Source: Eledone cirrhosa
Taxonomy: Eukaryota
Assembly (NCBI GenBank): GCA_964016885.1
Contig: OZ024754.1
Coordinates: 29,574,001-29,638,000, forward strand
Length of the DNA stretch: 64,000 nt
Direction of reading: 5' to 3'
Shown here: piece by piece, positions 25,467-44,419 of the stretch
How positions within the stretch are numbered: position 1 is the first letter of the stretch
Layout of the letters: every line of letters begins with the position of its first letter
Translations under genes and position numbers: made by a program
Notes under the pieces: generated by a model
What the model saw: the letters and a program-made list of their open reading frames with translations, nothing else
What the model was told of the DNA's origin: nothing
Databases searched by the model: none

Positions 25467-25839
25467 CAGACCTGCCAACCTCTTAAAACCCAAACGTTGA
25501 ACACCATGAAAAAAAGTGTCCCGAAACGGGGAGAAATGAGGCAAAAATTGGGAGATTTTACATAATTGTTTCTTCTTTAGGCACAAGGCCAGCAATTACC
25601 AGTACATTACTGGCGCTTTATTTTATCGACCCCGTAAGGATGAAAGGCAAAGTCAACCTCGGCGGGATTTGAACTCAGATCGTGAAGGGACGTAACTATA
25701 CTAGAAAGCATGGCGTCCGACCCTCCACGGATACGGCCAAAATGAACGCTATACCCATCTTCACAAGAAAAAATATCTCTCAACCACACCAAAATGGGTG
25801 GGAGGTCGTCCCGTCGGTCGAGGAGAGTTGACAGGTCTG
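25467..25839. mobile_element. Non-autonomous DNA transposon (MITE) with a nested SINE (25563-25742, minus strand)
   Basis: TIRs CAGACCTGCCAAC / GTTGACAGGTCTG match 12 of 13. Flanks TAGAAT / TAGGAT suggest a 6-bp TSD. Confidence 0.7.
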
Positions 25840-26918
25840 TAGGATCACAATGAGAAGTGGTACCCTCTCATACTTTTACTAGTTCCCTCTGCCGTTGCAC
25901 TCATTATATTAAAGTTACGTGGCTAGAGATTTAGTCATATGTATCTCTTTATATTCGAACCTTTACACGTTTTTCAAATCAATATTCTGTGGAATTATGC
26001 ATACATATGGTTACTAAGATCAATATATTTTTCTTTCATTTTTATATTTTCCAGTTCACATCTGTTTGAGGAAAGTTACATTATAAAGCCATGTAGAATT
26101 ATTTACAACCTATACTTACTTAAAACACATTCTACATATCATTTCTCGCTTTGTGTCTACTTGGTACATAATTTACGTGAAACGGTTTGACTAGTAGAGT
26201 TTATGTTTTGCCATAAAGAAAATAACTTGAATGCACTTTCTGGTGCAAGAAAGTAGAGATACAATTCTACAAAATAGATAACATTTAACGTACGATCGTC
26301 TTATCAAGAGGGTGGTTTCGAATGACTTTATAAACTATGTTATTAATGTATATCATATTCAATCATATTCAGCAGCATTGTCGATTCTGAGGGGAGAGAG
26401 AGAATAGGATAGGAGAATGATTCCAGGACTTGACTAGTACTACTTTTTATTAACACCTGTGAAGCAAAGTTGACTAGGGGAGGGGGGCCGGGAGTCTGAA
26501 CCCAGTACATAAACAACTGAAATAAATACCGCAAGAAAATAATCTAACGTAAATCTTACAACTTCACCAAATCCTAACAAATTATAAACTGCATATTATA
26601 GATATATTAAAGTGAAATATTTGTGTACTATAAAATATAATAGAATCGACAGTTATATTAATTTCAACTAAAAGCCCCGGAAATTGACTAATGCTTTCTT
26701 CGTAAAATATATCACAAAATAAGTATATTATTGGTTTTCAATCAAACCAAAACGTTCCATTTGCACCATTTAAATACATTTGATTCCAAAGTAAATAAAA
26801 CACAAACCAGGTATTTATTAAACCTATATATATATATTCAATTTCCACCAGGTGTTTTTATATATATATATATATTCATTTTCCAGCAGGTGTTTATATA
26901 TATATATATATATATATT

Positions 26919-27525
<607 letters not shown>

Positions 27526-28073
27526 TCATACGAATGAAGGAGTTCTACTACTTTAGAAGTCGTTTCTATATATATCCATATACTATTAAAACTCTGCGAT
27601 TACTTGCTTGCTTGTCTGTAATGTAATACAGCCAAAAGGGTGCATAATGGGAAATACTATGAAAGAAAGATGACGCTGAAATGGGAATGCAAATAGAATA
27701 AAACAAGTTTCGCGTAAATCGGACCACGGGTTCCCGACATATGGAGTTTTTCCGGGTACCCTCATAAACAAAGAGAGAGAAAGAGTTAGTGGTTGTGAGA
27801 GAGTAGATGTGAAAGAGAAACATTGAGGGAGTAAGAGGAGACAGAGAAGGAGAATGGAAGAGAGCTGATGGTGTTATATATGTGTGTGTGTATATATATA
27901 TATGTGTGTGTGTGTGTATCTATGACCAGTGTATAAAAATCACAGACACCACCACCACCCACACACACTCACACACACACACACTCACACACACATACAT
28001 ACATATACATATATATATATATAAAATAAAGTAAAATAAAAAGTAAAATGTTTAAAATTTAGCTTCGTTTATT

Positions 28074-28128
28074 ACTGCTAGATATATTTCGGTGACAGCC
28101 ATCTTTGGCTGTGACCTCTTCAGGCAGT
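28074..28128 (-). ncRNA. Type I hammerhead ribozyme (same family as 7976-8030)
   Basis: ACUGC-CUGAAGA-GGUcACAGCCA(AAGA)UGGCUGUcACC-GAAA-UAUAUC-UA/GCAGU. Confidence 0.75.
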
Positions 28129-29599
28129 CCGAATTAGTGTGGTATAGACAAGTACATATGTTGTTGAGGTGTATAATTTTGTCAATACTCTGATATGCCC
28201 AGTTCCTGGTTGGGTTGTTATTTCATTGAGAAACTGGAATCAACCAACATATACTCAAAATTTCTCTCTATATATATATATATATACACACACACTTATA
28301 TATATATACATACACACACATATATATATGGCCCTTGCAGTTTCATTTCACATTATATACATGTCTGTATATTTTAATTATTTAAAATTTATTTTTAAGT
28401 GAACATGATTTTTTTTTTATATTTTGAAGTGAACGTGACCCAACAGGTCACCGGTTGTCTAGTATATAATAAAGATGCCTATACTCTACCGATGTACCTT
28501 TTTTAACTGTGTTTACTCACCCGTCACGAGGTATATTAGTTTAAAGCTCGGTAGAATGACAAGCTATGTCCATTATTGGAAGATAAAAAGAGAAAATTGA
28601 GGACGTTTGAATGATAGAAGGAAAAAGAAAACATTCAAGAGTAAAAGTGAAACGATCTAATTTTTGAACCGCTGAGCTAGTTGTAAATTTGAATGTCAGA
28701 TTCAACGTGCCTCATCGCACGTTTTCTTCTTTTTTTTTTCACTATGGAAAATAGTCTAAATGATATGTACCAACATATAACCGTGCGTTGAAGTCGACTT
28801 CAGTACCTAGATAAGTTGCGATCAAGACAATGGTATTGGAGTTTTTGCTTATGTGAAGACTTTGACAATAATAGAGAAAGGATGGCTTCTTTTACAGCTT
28901 CAATGGACTTTATATATGTAATATATATTTCAAACATAAAGAGATCCACAAAACCCTGACACTCCTGGTTAAAAAAAAACACAACTGTTAATGAGTTTGA
29001 TAACATCTGCATAAACAGACGCATACAAACATATAGACAGAGTTGTTCAGTTCCTTGGGAATAGGTCTTTTTATAGCTCTAACTTGCACTGGTTATAATT
29101 TCCTTTCAGATAATTGATGACAGACATCAAGCTAACTCAGCAAATGAAAAAAGGCGGCTGTAGTCATTACCATAAAGGCTAAGCATAATAATTTAGAGAA
29201 TGCTTCCTTCCACGAAGTTTTACGGCCATTTGTTGTCAAAGTTTGCAAACAGCTGGAAGCTGCTGACGAGGATTCTACAGCATTAGGCAAATACAAAACA
29301 ACTGCTAAGGGTCTTAATACCATTAAAACATTCACATTTGTACAAAGGATTCAGAAAACTATTAATCTCCTGGACAGATTAGAGATTTAATCAGTTTCGC
29401 CCTGAAATTTGTATTTGTAACAGATAATCCCATGGCATCTTCAGCGGGAGAAAGAATTATATGCGACAAACACCTAGGATGAAATAGGTAACTAAATAGC
29501 ACACGAGGGAATAAATTACCCCGTGTGTCAGGCAGTTCAAACTGGCGTGAGTGGATTGTAAAGCGGCTAGAAATAGTAACCCAAATTCACTCAACTTGT

Positions 29600-30590
29600 A
29601 AGCTCTACAAAACAAGGAGCCGAAATTCAAACACTCTGCCTTATATTAGAGCGACGAGAATGCTGGTGGAAAGGGAACTGATTCACAGTACGCCGGCAAG
29701 TATCGACAAAGGAGTCGAGGGTGCTGAACTGTCCAGAGATCGGCGTCCAATGTGATTGCCGGCGACTGAGACGAGTGAAGTCATCCGTCTGTGTCGATGA
29801 TGGCGTGTCGTGGAAAAAAGCTTTCAGCTTTAATCGACGGAAGAACCCTTCAATCTCGGCACGTGTGCGGAACACGTGGCAGGTAGATGTGGTTGGTATA
29901 AATCTCAAAACACGGACGAGGAGGAAGCGCTCAGCTTCAGAGAGTGGTAGGTCGTGGGGTATGATGACTACGTGAGGGAGTGAAAGAGGCGGAGGAGGAG
30001 GGGCTAAGGTGGTTGGGCAAAGCGTGTGCAGATTCAGTGGTGGGGAGAGGAAAGGGAGTTGTAGGTGACGGGATAGAGGGGTTAGGGTTGGAGGTGATAT
30101 GAGTATGGGCGGTGACGGCAGGCGGGGAGCGGAGAGAGTCGAGTTTATGTTTTTTATGGAAGTGAGGAAATTGAAAAGGAGGCGATTGAGGTAAAGGATG
30201 AATTGGATAAGGGATTGGGCGAGGAGAGGGTGGCAAGTGGAGGAGAGATGGAAGTAGGCCTTGGGGAGATCTCGGTCGAGAGAACGGGTTTGGGCGAGAG
30301 TTGATCGAATGGTCGCCCGCATGAGCTGGAAAAAGGAGCGGGTAAGGATGGGCTGAGTGGTGGGAGCAGAGTAAGAGGTGGGTGGAACTTGGGGCGGAAA
30401 CCGCGGGGAATGAGGTAGTGGTGGAGACAGCGACTTAAAATTGTGATATGACTGTTGTATCGTGTTTTGGTGAAGATGAGGTTGGAGAGATGCAGGGAGG
30501 ATTGGATGCATATAGGAGGGTGGGGGGTGGAAGCGATTAAGAATAGAAACGAGCTGGCGGAGAAAAGATTTGAGATTGGACATATTGAAG
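29600..30590 (-). pseudogene. Penelope-like (Neptune-type) polyprotein N-terminal region, frameshifted and truncated before the RT
   Basis: TRYNSHITILSRCLHHYLIPRGFRPKF and PLSEAERFLL..LRFIPT..EIEGFFRRLKLKAFFHD..SHWTP..LDSFVD..SNI are typical PLE pre-RT motifs. Confidence 0.8.
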
Positions 30591-30723
30591 GTACTAGACA
30601 AAACGCCAGCACCAACAGTTTTGCAAGAGATGTCAACATGAATGGACCTGTTATTTTTATCTAAAGACATTTTTTCCAATTTCATCCCACCTGTTCCCTC
30701 AATCTATCTTATTTCTCATTCTT

Positions 30724-30759
30724 TCTTCTGATGAAGGATTAGCGTCCGAAACGTGAAGA
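30724..30759 (+). ncRNA. Minimal PLE-type hammerhead (cleavage triplet mutated to GUG), inverted relative to the adjacent PLE ORF
   Basis: UCUU-CUGAUGA-aGGA(UUAGCG)UCC-GAAACGUg-AAGA. The sister copy at 48113-48148 has GAAACGUU. Confidence 0.7.
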
Positions 30760-30838
30760 CCCTCTTCCTGCTATATCAAGCGTTAACCTAATATATACCT
30801 TCCATATACTGTACCGATTGTATTGTTATTTCTGTTTC

Positions 30839-30893
<55 letters not shown>

Positions 30894-30894
30894 G

Positions 30895-31051
<157 letters not shown>

Positions 31052-31158
31052 TCCAGAGTTGGGCCAGATCGAAACGCGCATCGCACCTCAATAAATGTAA
31101 TGAATATCTAACACTTCGTCTTTTTTATTATTATTATTAGTATTATTAGTATATATAT

Positions 31159-31333
31159 TGGTGGATTGGCAGTATCGGTAGAGGGTCGAACGCCATGCTT
31201 TGGCGTATAGAGATACGGCCCTTGCCATTCTGAGTTCAAATCCCGCCGAGGTTAACTTTGCCTTTCATCCTTACGGGGTCGATAAAATAAAGTACCAGTA
31301 ATACACTGGATAATTGTTGGCCTTGTGCCAAAC
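31159..31333 (+). mobile_element. Nin/Deu-type SINE
   Basis: Matches the consensus, including A and B boxes. Confidence 0.85.
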
Positions 31334-31338
31334 GTTTA

Positions 31339-31415
<77 letters not shown>

Positions 31416-31504
31416 GTAGGAGGTGAGTTTTATTGTAGTACAATAAAGCAATGCAGATATCGGATAAGAAGCACTCTACAGTTTGTAGGACTGGAGTATA
31501 TATA

Positions 31505-31762
31505 ATATATAAGATCAAAAGATGGTTAAATGAGTTCCATGTATTTTATTATGCGCATTTCAAAAACAAATATCATCATGCAATAACATTGCATATGTTG
31601 ATTTAAAACTGCACTATCCACAAGTGTTTTTTAACCTTCATATCATGTCCTCCTATTTTATCTGATGAAAACACAAATGTTATTGCATGATGATATTTGT
31701 TTTTGAAATGCGCATAATAAAATACATGGAACTCATTTATCCATCTTTTGATCTTATATATA
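31505..31762. repeat. Inverted repeat (~85-bp arms) with a truncated CTGATGA motif in the spacer
   Basis: Arms at 31505-31590 and 31676-31762. A related arm sequence occurs at 4930-5003. Confidence 0.8.
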
Positions 31763-31769
31763 TATATTG

Positions 31770-31835
<66 letters not shown>

Positions 31836-32009
31836 TCTTCCTGGTCGTTATTTTTCGGCTGCATGGGTGATTTTAGGCATAATCTTTGTGTGTTGGTATT
31901 TTAACGATAGTTATAGCTCTGATTTGTCTGAATTATTGAGCCCTCTGCCACTCATGTCGGATTTGTTTATCGTAAATTCGTGAGCTGATTTTCCGATACT
32001 CGATTATTC

Positions 32010-32050
<41 letters not shown>

Positions 32051-32178
32051 TAAGATGTATGGTAGGTCGTATGTGAATCGCGATGATCACGTCTGATTTA
32101 CCAAATATGTGACGGTAGCTAGTTAAGCTCTATGCGTATACGCAGAGCAGAAATATTAGTGAAAAAGAACAAAGGAAC

Positions 32179-32272
<94 letters not shown>

Positions 32273-33887
32273 ACGTGTGTGTTGTTTGATATTGTCTAGA
32301 AACTTATCAACTTATATGTGTGTTTTCTACCGACAGAAATAGAGTCCGTTTCTTCTCCCTCTATATACTTTTCTTTTTTGCCATTTCCTATCAGAAGTTT
32401 ACATTTCTTTCTACACATACATCTTTCTATGATGTACAACACTGGATAAGTATGGGGAATAACTCACGCGTTGTGCAATGTTTTGATTTCATGCGATAGG
32501 TAATCTACTGTAAAATATATCTATGATTTAGCCAACACTGCCTCTATATACATTTAACTGAATTAAACACACAGGTCGGTTGTAAGCAGATGTATTTGAT
32601 ACAATCGACTTTTTATAAGATAATGTTGCTGTTTGTATAAGAGAATCTTCTCACCTACTGATGTGGCCTCTTGGGAAAAAGTAATGTATTCGGGTCGATG
32701 CAAACCTTTAATGTAAAATTGGAAAGATCGAAACTATTCAGAATCTCATCAGCTGGAGTGCGTATGAAATTCAAAGGACCAGCCTTGTCCTACTGAAAGT
32801 CTCATTGAATATCCAGGAGAATTATATTATCGGTAAATGTTTCTGAGAAATGCTCCACTAATTATATTACAAAATAGACTCTACGGATGGAGTGTACCTG
32901 TATTTCAAAGTGCCAGCCTTGTGAACTGTATCACACTGAATCTCTTTGAAATTACGTTAAGGGTACACGTGTGTGTGAAAACATGGTACTTAGTACCCGT
33001 CCATAAAGGATTGCGACTTACAAACTGTAGATAGTTATTGTTGTTGTTATTGTTGTTGTTATTGCTGTTGTTGTTTTTGTTGCTGTTATTCTTGTTGTTG
33101 TTGTGGTGGTGTTGTTGTTGATGATTTGATCATCTACTCGGTAGAAAGTTATAGAATATGTTTCACAGGAAAACACGAAGAGACTGGAATTAGACAGCTA
33201 GAAATTGCTGAGATATGTTTGATATTTCTTCCTCTCTGCCCAGCAGACAACATAAAATTGTATAGCCACTAATTCATCAGAGCTTTGAAATTAGAGAAAA
33301 TATAATTTGACAAGATCACCTAGGTGGAAGAATCTTATGTGCGAGAAGATAGCAACCATTTTTCTCAAAGTAAATTAACTTAAATTAGTCACCTTCGAGA
33401 GCCTCTTTCTTGCAATAATCTCACTTGTCGTTGCTTCTTAAAATATTAACTAGAAGATTTACGACAAACAAATCAAACTATTAGTCCACACGAATTATAA
33501 TGTATTATTCATATTTCCTTGTATATGGAAATGAAGCATAATGCCATAAACACACATGAAAATATATTCATATATTGGATAATGGTTACTGGTCGTTCTT
33601 GGTGGTCATTATGGCGTATAACAGGACCAAAGCAATCTGGCTAAAAAGATTGGTTTAGCAGTCCCGTTGTCCCCAGACTTCTATCCAAGTGCGTGGCGGT
33701 AATATATATATAATAATATAAAATGAAGAAATTAAAGATGGAGTTTGAATAACAACGTTGGTTTTCATTTTGAATCAATGATAAACATTAATGGCCAAAT
33801 GAATTAACTATAGAGATATAAAAGATACAGAAGCGAAAACCAACCAAACAGTGAGTGTGTTCTGTTATTATTTCAGGCAATATTATT

Positions 33888-33949
<62 letters not shown>

Positions 33950-33980
33950 AGTGTAATTTTCTACACAAAACGAAGGTTAT

Positions 33981-36726
<2,746 letters not shown>

Positions 36727-36880
36727 ATATTAAATAAATGGAAACATATGGTTTTATAAATAAAGTTTCCATTTATTTAATATCATTGTATATTATACTC
36801 CAGAAAACTTGTCGAGTGCTCTGAATCAGTTATAAAAATTTATATTTGTTGAATAACCAACAAACTGAATATCCATTAAG

Positions 36881-36960
<80 letters not shown>

Positions 36961-37026
36961 TCACACACTCGCATATAAATGTAACTATGTATATGCGCGC
37001 GCACGCGCGCGAGCGTGTGTGTGTGT

Positions 37027-37087
<61 letters not shown>

Positions 37088-37244
37088 TATCTCTATATTG
37101 ACGTAAATCTACGACTTCTCTGGCAGTTAACATCATTATTATATATCGGCATATTGTCAAAGAAAGAAATATATAAATGTGGGAAGCTGTTTGTTATTAC
37201 TTCAGCTGTTTCTATAGAAATCTTAATACAAGTGAACATTAAAT

Positions 37245-40200
37245 AACAACACCAAACACAAACCTACCACCACCAACACCACCACCACAAGACCAACACC
37301 AAACACAACCCTACCACCAACAACACCACCACCACCACCACCACCACCACAAGACCAACACCAAACACAGACCTACTATCAACACCACAACCACCACCAC
37401 CAACTACACCAACGCTAACACCAAACACAGCCCTACCACCAACAACACCACCACCACCACCACCAACACCAACGCTAACACCAAACACAGTCCTACCACC
37501 AACACCACCACCACCACCACCACCACCAACACCAACGCTAACACCAAACACAGCCCTACCACCAACACCACCACCACCACCACCACCAACACCAACGCTA
37601 ACACCAAACACAGCCCTACGACCAACACCACCACCACCACCACCAACACCAACACCAACGCTAACACCAAACACAGCCCTACCACCAACAACACCACCAC
37701 CACCACCACCAACACCAACGCTAACACCAAACACAGCCCTAACACCAACAACACCACCCCACCACCACCAACACCAACGCTAACACCAAACACAGCCCTA
37801 CCACCAACAACACCACCCCACCACCACCAACACCAACGCTAACACCAAACACAGCCCTACCACCAACAACACCACCACCACCACCACCAACACCAACGCT
37901 AACACCAAACACAGCCCTACCACCAACACCACCACCACCACCACTAACAACACCAACGCTAACACCAAACACAGCCCTACCACCAACAACACCACCACCA
38001 CCACCACCAACACCAACGCTAACACCAAACACAGCCCTACCACCAACACCACCACCACCACCACCACCACCAACACCAACGCTAATACCAAACACAGCCC
38101 TACCACCAACACCACCACCACCACCACCACCAACACCAACGCTAACACCAAACACAGCCCTACCACCACCAACAACACCACCACCACCACCACCAACACC
38201 AACGCTAACACCAAACACAGCCCTACCACCAACAACACCACCACCACCACCACCACCAACACCAACGCTAACACCAAACACAGCCCTACCACCAACAACA
38301 CCACCACCACCACCAACACCAACGCTAACACCAAACACAGCCCTACCACCAACAACACCACCACCACCACCACCAACACCAACGCTAACATCAAACACAG
38401 CCCTACCACCAACAACACCACCACCACCACCAACACCAACGCTAACACCAAACACAGCCCTACCACCAACAACACCACCACCACCACCAACACCAACGCT
38501 AACACCAAACACAGCCCTACCACCAACAACACCACCACCACCACCAACACCAATGCTAACACCAAACACAGCCCTACCACCAAAAACACCACCACCACCA
38601 CCAACACCAACGCTAACACCAAACACAGCCCTACCACCAACAACACCACCACCACCACCACCAACACCAACGCTAACACCAAACACAGCCCTACCACCAA
38701 CAACACCACCACTACCACCACCACTACCACCACCAACACCAAACACAGCCCTACCACCAACAACACCACCACCACCACCAACACCAACGCTAACACCAAA
38801 CACAGCCCTACCACCAACAACACCACCACCACCACCAACACCAACGCTAACACCAAACACAGCCCTACCACCAACAACACCACCACCACCACCACCAACA
38901 CCAACGCTAACACCAAACACAGCCCTACCACCAACAACACCACCCCACCACCGCCAACACCAACGCTAACACCAAACACAGCCCTACCACCAACAACACC
39001 ACCCCACTACCACCAACACCAACGCTAACACCAAACACAGCCCTACCACCAACAACACCACCACCACCACCACCAACACCAACGCTAACACCAAACACAG
39101 CCCTACCACCAACAACACCACGACCACCACCAACACCAACGCTAACACCAAACACAGCCCTACCACCAACAACACCACCCCACCACCACCAACACCAACG
39201 CTAACACCAAACACAGCCCTACCACCAACACCACCACCACCACCACCACCAACACCAACGCTAACACCAAACACAGCCCTACCACCAACAACACCACCAC
39301 CACCACCACCAACACCAACGCTAACACCAAACACAGCTCTACCACCAACAACACCACCACCACCACCACCAACACTAACGCTAACACCAAACACAGCCCT
39401 ACCACCAACAACACCACCACCACCACCACCAACACCAACGCTAACACCAAACACAGCCCTACCACCAACAACACCACCACCACCACCACCAACACCAACA
39501 CTAACACCAAACACAGCCCTACCACCAACAACACCACCACCACCACCACTAACACCAACGCTAACACCAAACACAGCCCTACCACCAACAACACCACCAC
39601 CACCACCAACACCAACGCTAACACCAAACACAGCCCTACCACCAACAACACCACCACCACCACCACCAACACCAACGCTAACACCAAACACAGCCCTACC
39701 ACCAACAACACCACCACCACCACCACCAACACCAACGCTAACACCAACACCAACGCTAACACCAAACACAGCCCTACCACCAACACCACCACCACCACCA
39801 ACACCAACGCTAACACCAAACACAGCCCTACCACCAACAACACCACCACCACCACCACTAACACCAACGCTAACACCAAACACAGCCCTACCACCAACAA
39901 CACCACCCCACCACCACCAACACCAACGCTAACACCAAACACAGCCCTACCACCAACAACACCACCACCACCACCACCACCACCACCAACACCAACGCTA
40001 ATACCAAACACAGCCCTACCACCAACAACACCACCAACACCAACGCTAATACCAAACACAGCCCTACCACCAACAACACCACCACCACCACCACCACCAC
40101 CAACGCTAACACCAAACACAGCCCTACCACCAACAACACCACCACCACCACCACCACCAACACCAACGCTAACACCAAACACAGCCCTACCACCAACAAC

Positions 40201-43200
40201 ACCACCACCACCAACACCAACGCTAACACCAAACACAGCCTTACCACCACCACCACTACCAACACCAACGCTAATACCAAACACAGCCCTACCACCAACA
40301 ACACCACCACCACCACCACCACCACCAACACCAACGCTAACACCAAACACAGCCCTACCACCAACAACACCACCCCACCACCACCAACACCAACGCTAAC
40401 GCCAAACACAGTCCTACCACCAACAACACCACCACCACCACCACCAACACCAACACCAACGCTAACACCAAACACAGCCCTACCACCAACAACACCACCC
40501 CACCACCACCAACACCAACGCTAACACCAAACACAGCCCTACCACCAACAACACCACCACCACCACCACCACACCAACACCAACGCTAACACCAAACACA
40601 GCCCTACCACCAACAACACCACCCCACCACCACCAACACCAACGCTAACGCCAAACACAGCCCTACCACCAACAACACCACCACCACCACCACCAACACC
40701 AACACCAACGCTAACACCAAACACAGCCCTACCACCAACAACACCACCCCACCACCACCAACACCAACGCTAACGCCAAACACAGCCCTACCACCAACAA
40801 CAACACCACCACCACCTCCAACACCAACACCAACGCTAACACCAAACACATCCCTACCACCAACAACACCACCCCACCACCACCAACACCAACGCTAACG
40901 CCAAACACAGCCCTACCACCAACAACACCACCACCACCACCACCAACACCAACACCAACGCTAACACCAAACACAGCCCTACCACCACCACCACCACCAC
41001 CACCACCAACACCAACGCTAACACCAAACACAGCCCTACTATCAACACCACCACCACCACCACCACCAACACCAACGCTAACACCAAACACAGCCCTACT
41101 ATCAACACCACCACCACCACCACCACCACCAACACCAACGCTAACACCAAACACAGCCCTACCACCAACAACACCACCCCACCACCACCAACACCAACGC
41201 TAACGCCAAACACAGCCCTACCACCAACAACACCACCACCACCACCAACACCAACGCTAACACCAAACACAGCCCTAACACCAACAACACCACCACCACC
41301 ACCACCAACACCAACGCTAACACCAAACACAGCCCTAACACCAACAACACCACCACCACCACCACCAACACCAACGCTAACACCAAACACAGCCCTAACA
41401 CCAACAACACCACCACCACCACCACCACCACCAACACCAACGCTAACACCAAACACAGCCCTACCACCAACAACACCACCACCACCACCACCAACACCAA
41501 CGCTAACACCAAACACAGCCCTACCACCAACAACACCACCACCACCACCACCACCACCAACACCAACGCTAACACCAAACACAGCCCTACCACCAACAAC
41601 ACCACCCCACCACCACCAACACCAACGCTAACACCAAACACAGCCCTACTATCAACACCACCACCACCACCACCACCACCACCAACACCAACGCTAACAC
41701 CAAACACAGCCCTACCACCAACAACACCACCCCACCACCACCAACACCAACGCTAACACCAAACACAGCCCTACCACCAACAACACCACCACCACCACCA
41801 CCACCACCACCAACGCTAATACCAAACACAGCCCTACTATCAACACCACCACCACCACCACCCACACCAACGCTAACACCAAACACAGCCCTACCACCAC
41901 CACCACCACCACCACCACCACCAACGCTAATACCAAACACAGCCCTACTATCAACACCACCACCACCACCACCACCACCACCAACGCTAACACCAAACAC
42001 AGCCCTACTATCAACACCACCACCACCACCACCACCACCACCACCACCACCACCACCACCACCAACGCTAACACCAAACACAGCCCTACTATCAACACCA
42101 CCACCACCACCACCAACACCAACGCTAACACCAAACACAGCCCTACTATCAACACCACCACCACCACCACCACCAACACCGACGCTAACACCAAACACAG
42201 CCCTACTATCAACACCACCACCACCACCCACACCAACGCTAACACCAAACACAGCCCTACTATCAACAACACCACCACCACCAACACCGACGCTAACACC
42301 AAACACAGCCCTACTATCAACACCACCACCACCACCACCACCACCAACACCAACGCTAACACCAAACACAGCCCTACTATCAACACCACCACCACCACCA
42401 CCACCAACACCAACGCTAACACCAAACACAGCCCTACTATCAACAACACCACCACCACCACCACCAACACCAACGCTAACACCAAACACAGCCCTACCAC
42501 CACCACCACCACCACCACCACCACCACCAACACCAACGCTAACACCAAACACAGCCCTACCACCAACACCACCACCACCACCACTACCAACAGTAACGCT
42601 AACACCAAACACAGCCCTACCACCACCACCACCACCACCACCACCACCACCACCAACACCAACGCTAACACCAAACACAGCCCTACTATCAACAACACCA
42701 CCACCACCACCACCAACACCAACACCAACGCTAATACCAAACACAGCCCTACCACCAACAACACCACCACCACCACCACCACCAACACCAACGCTAACAC
42801 CAAACACAGCTCTACCACCAACAACACCACCACCACCACCAACACCAACGCTAACACCAAACACAGCCCTACTATCAACACCACCACCAACGGCAACACC
42901 AAACACAGCCCTTCCACCAACAACACCACCACCACCACCACCACCAACGCTAACACCAAACATAGCCCTACCACCAACAACACCACCACCAACAACAACA
43001 ACACCAACGCTAACACCAAACACAGCACTACTATCAACACCACCACCAACACAAGTAGCACTACCAACGCTAACACCAAACACAGCCCTACCACCAACAA
43101 CACCACCACCACCACCACCACCACCAACACCAACGCTAACACTAAACACAGCCCTACCACCAACAACACCACCACCACCAACAACACCAATGCTAACACT

Positions 43201-44008
43201 AAACACAGCCCTACCACCAACAACACCACCACCACCACCACCACCACCAACACCAACGCTAACACTAAACACAGCCCTACCACCAACAACCCCACCACCA
43301 CCAACAACACCAATGCTAACACTAAACACAGCCCTACCACTAACAACACCACCACCACCAACAACACCAATGCTAACACTAAACACAGCCCTACCACCAA
43401 CAACACCACCACCACCACTAATAACACCAACGCTAACACTAAACACAGCCCTACCACCAACAACACCACCACCACCACCACCAACAACACCACCACCACC
43501 ACCACTAATAACACCAACGCTAACACTAAACACAGCCCTACCACCAACAACACCACCACCACCACCAACAACAACACCAATGCTAACACTAAACACAGCC
43601 CTACCACCAACAACACCACCACCACCAACAACACCAATGCTAACACTAAACACAGCCCTACCACCAACAACACCACCACCACCACCACTAATAACACCAA
43701 CGCTAACACTAAACGCAGCCCTACCACCAACAACACCACCACCACCACCACCAACAACACCACCACCACCACCACCAACAACACCACCACCACCACCAAC
43801 AACAACACCAACGCTAACACTAAACACACCCCTACCACCAACAACACCACCACCACCAACAACAACAACACCAACGCTAACACCAAACACAGCCCTACTA
43901 TCAACACCACCACCACCAACAACAACAACACCACCACCACCAACAACAACACCACCACCACCAACAACAACAACACCAACGCTAACACTAAACACAGCCC
44001 TACCACTA
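37245..44008. repeat. 6.7-kb C/A-rich minisatellite, ~57-66-bp unit ACACCAACGCTAACACCAAACACAGCCCT(ACC/AAC)n
   Basis: More than 100 tandem units with a variable (CCA)n tract and extreme strand asymmetry. Confidence 0.97.
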
Positions 44009-44341
44009 CATATGAATTACCGTTCCTTCCTGAGGCATAATTCCAAGTGCCCGGTGCTGAAATCGTAGGCTAAAAACAATATATATGTACACGCAAACAC
44101 ACACACTCACGCAAATATACATATACACACACGCACACACGCACACACACACACAGTCACACACATATGTCTGTGTGTGTGTTTATGTTAAGTATTTCCG
44201 TAGAAAGGGTAAAGGTAAGAAGATTGCACTACGTATAGTACAGAGCTATTTAATTACACAATAAAAACATAATTATAATGTAATTAAATGTATATATATA
44301 CTTTAACTATAACAATCAAAGAGTGCTTAATAACATTTAAT

Positions 44342-44388
44342 TACTAACGATCGTTTCATCCAAGCACATGGCCGGTTTCATCGGAGTA
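44342..44388 (-). ncRNA. Decayed hammerhead ribozyme (inverted pLTR next to a PLE RT fragment)
   Basis: UACU-CcGAUGA-stem II-GAAACGAUCGUU/AGUA, with palindromic stem III AACGAUCGUU. Confidence 0.65.
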
Positions 44389-44419
44389 TAAATCAAAAGA
44401 TAGAACACAGATAACTTTG

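Noticed and set aside
37264-44068. Gly/Val-rich and Pro/Thr-rich (mucin- or extensin-like) long ORFs
   Set aside because: Several frames on both strands are open simply because of composition. Repeated 59-bp units shift the frame, and there is no signal peptide or unique domain.
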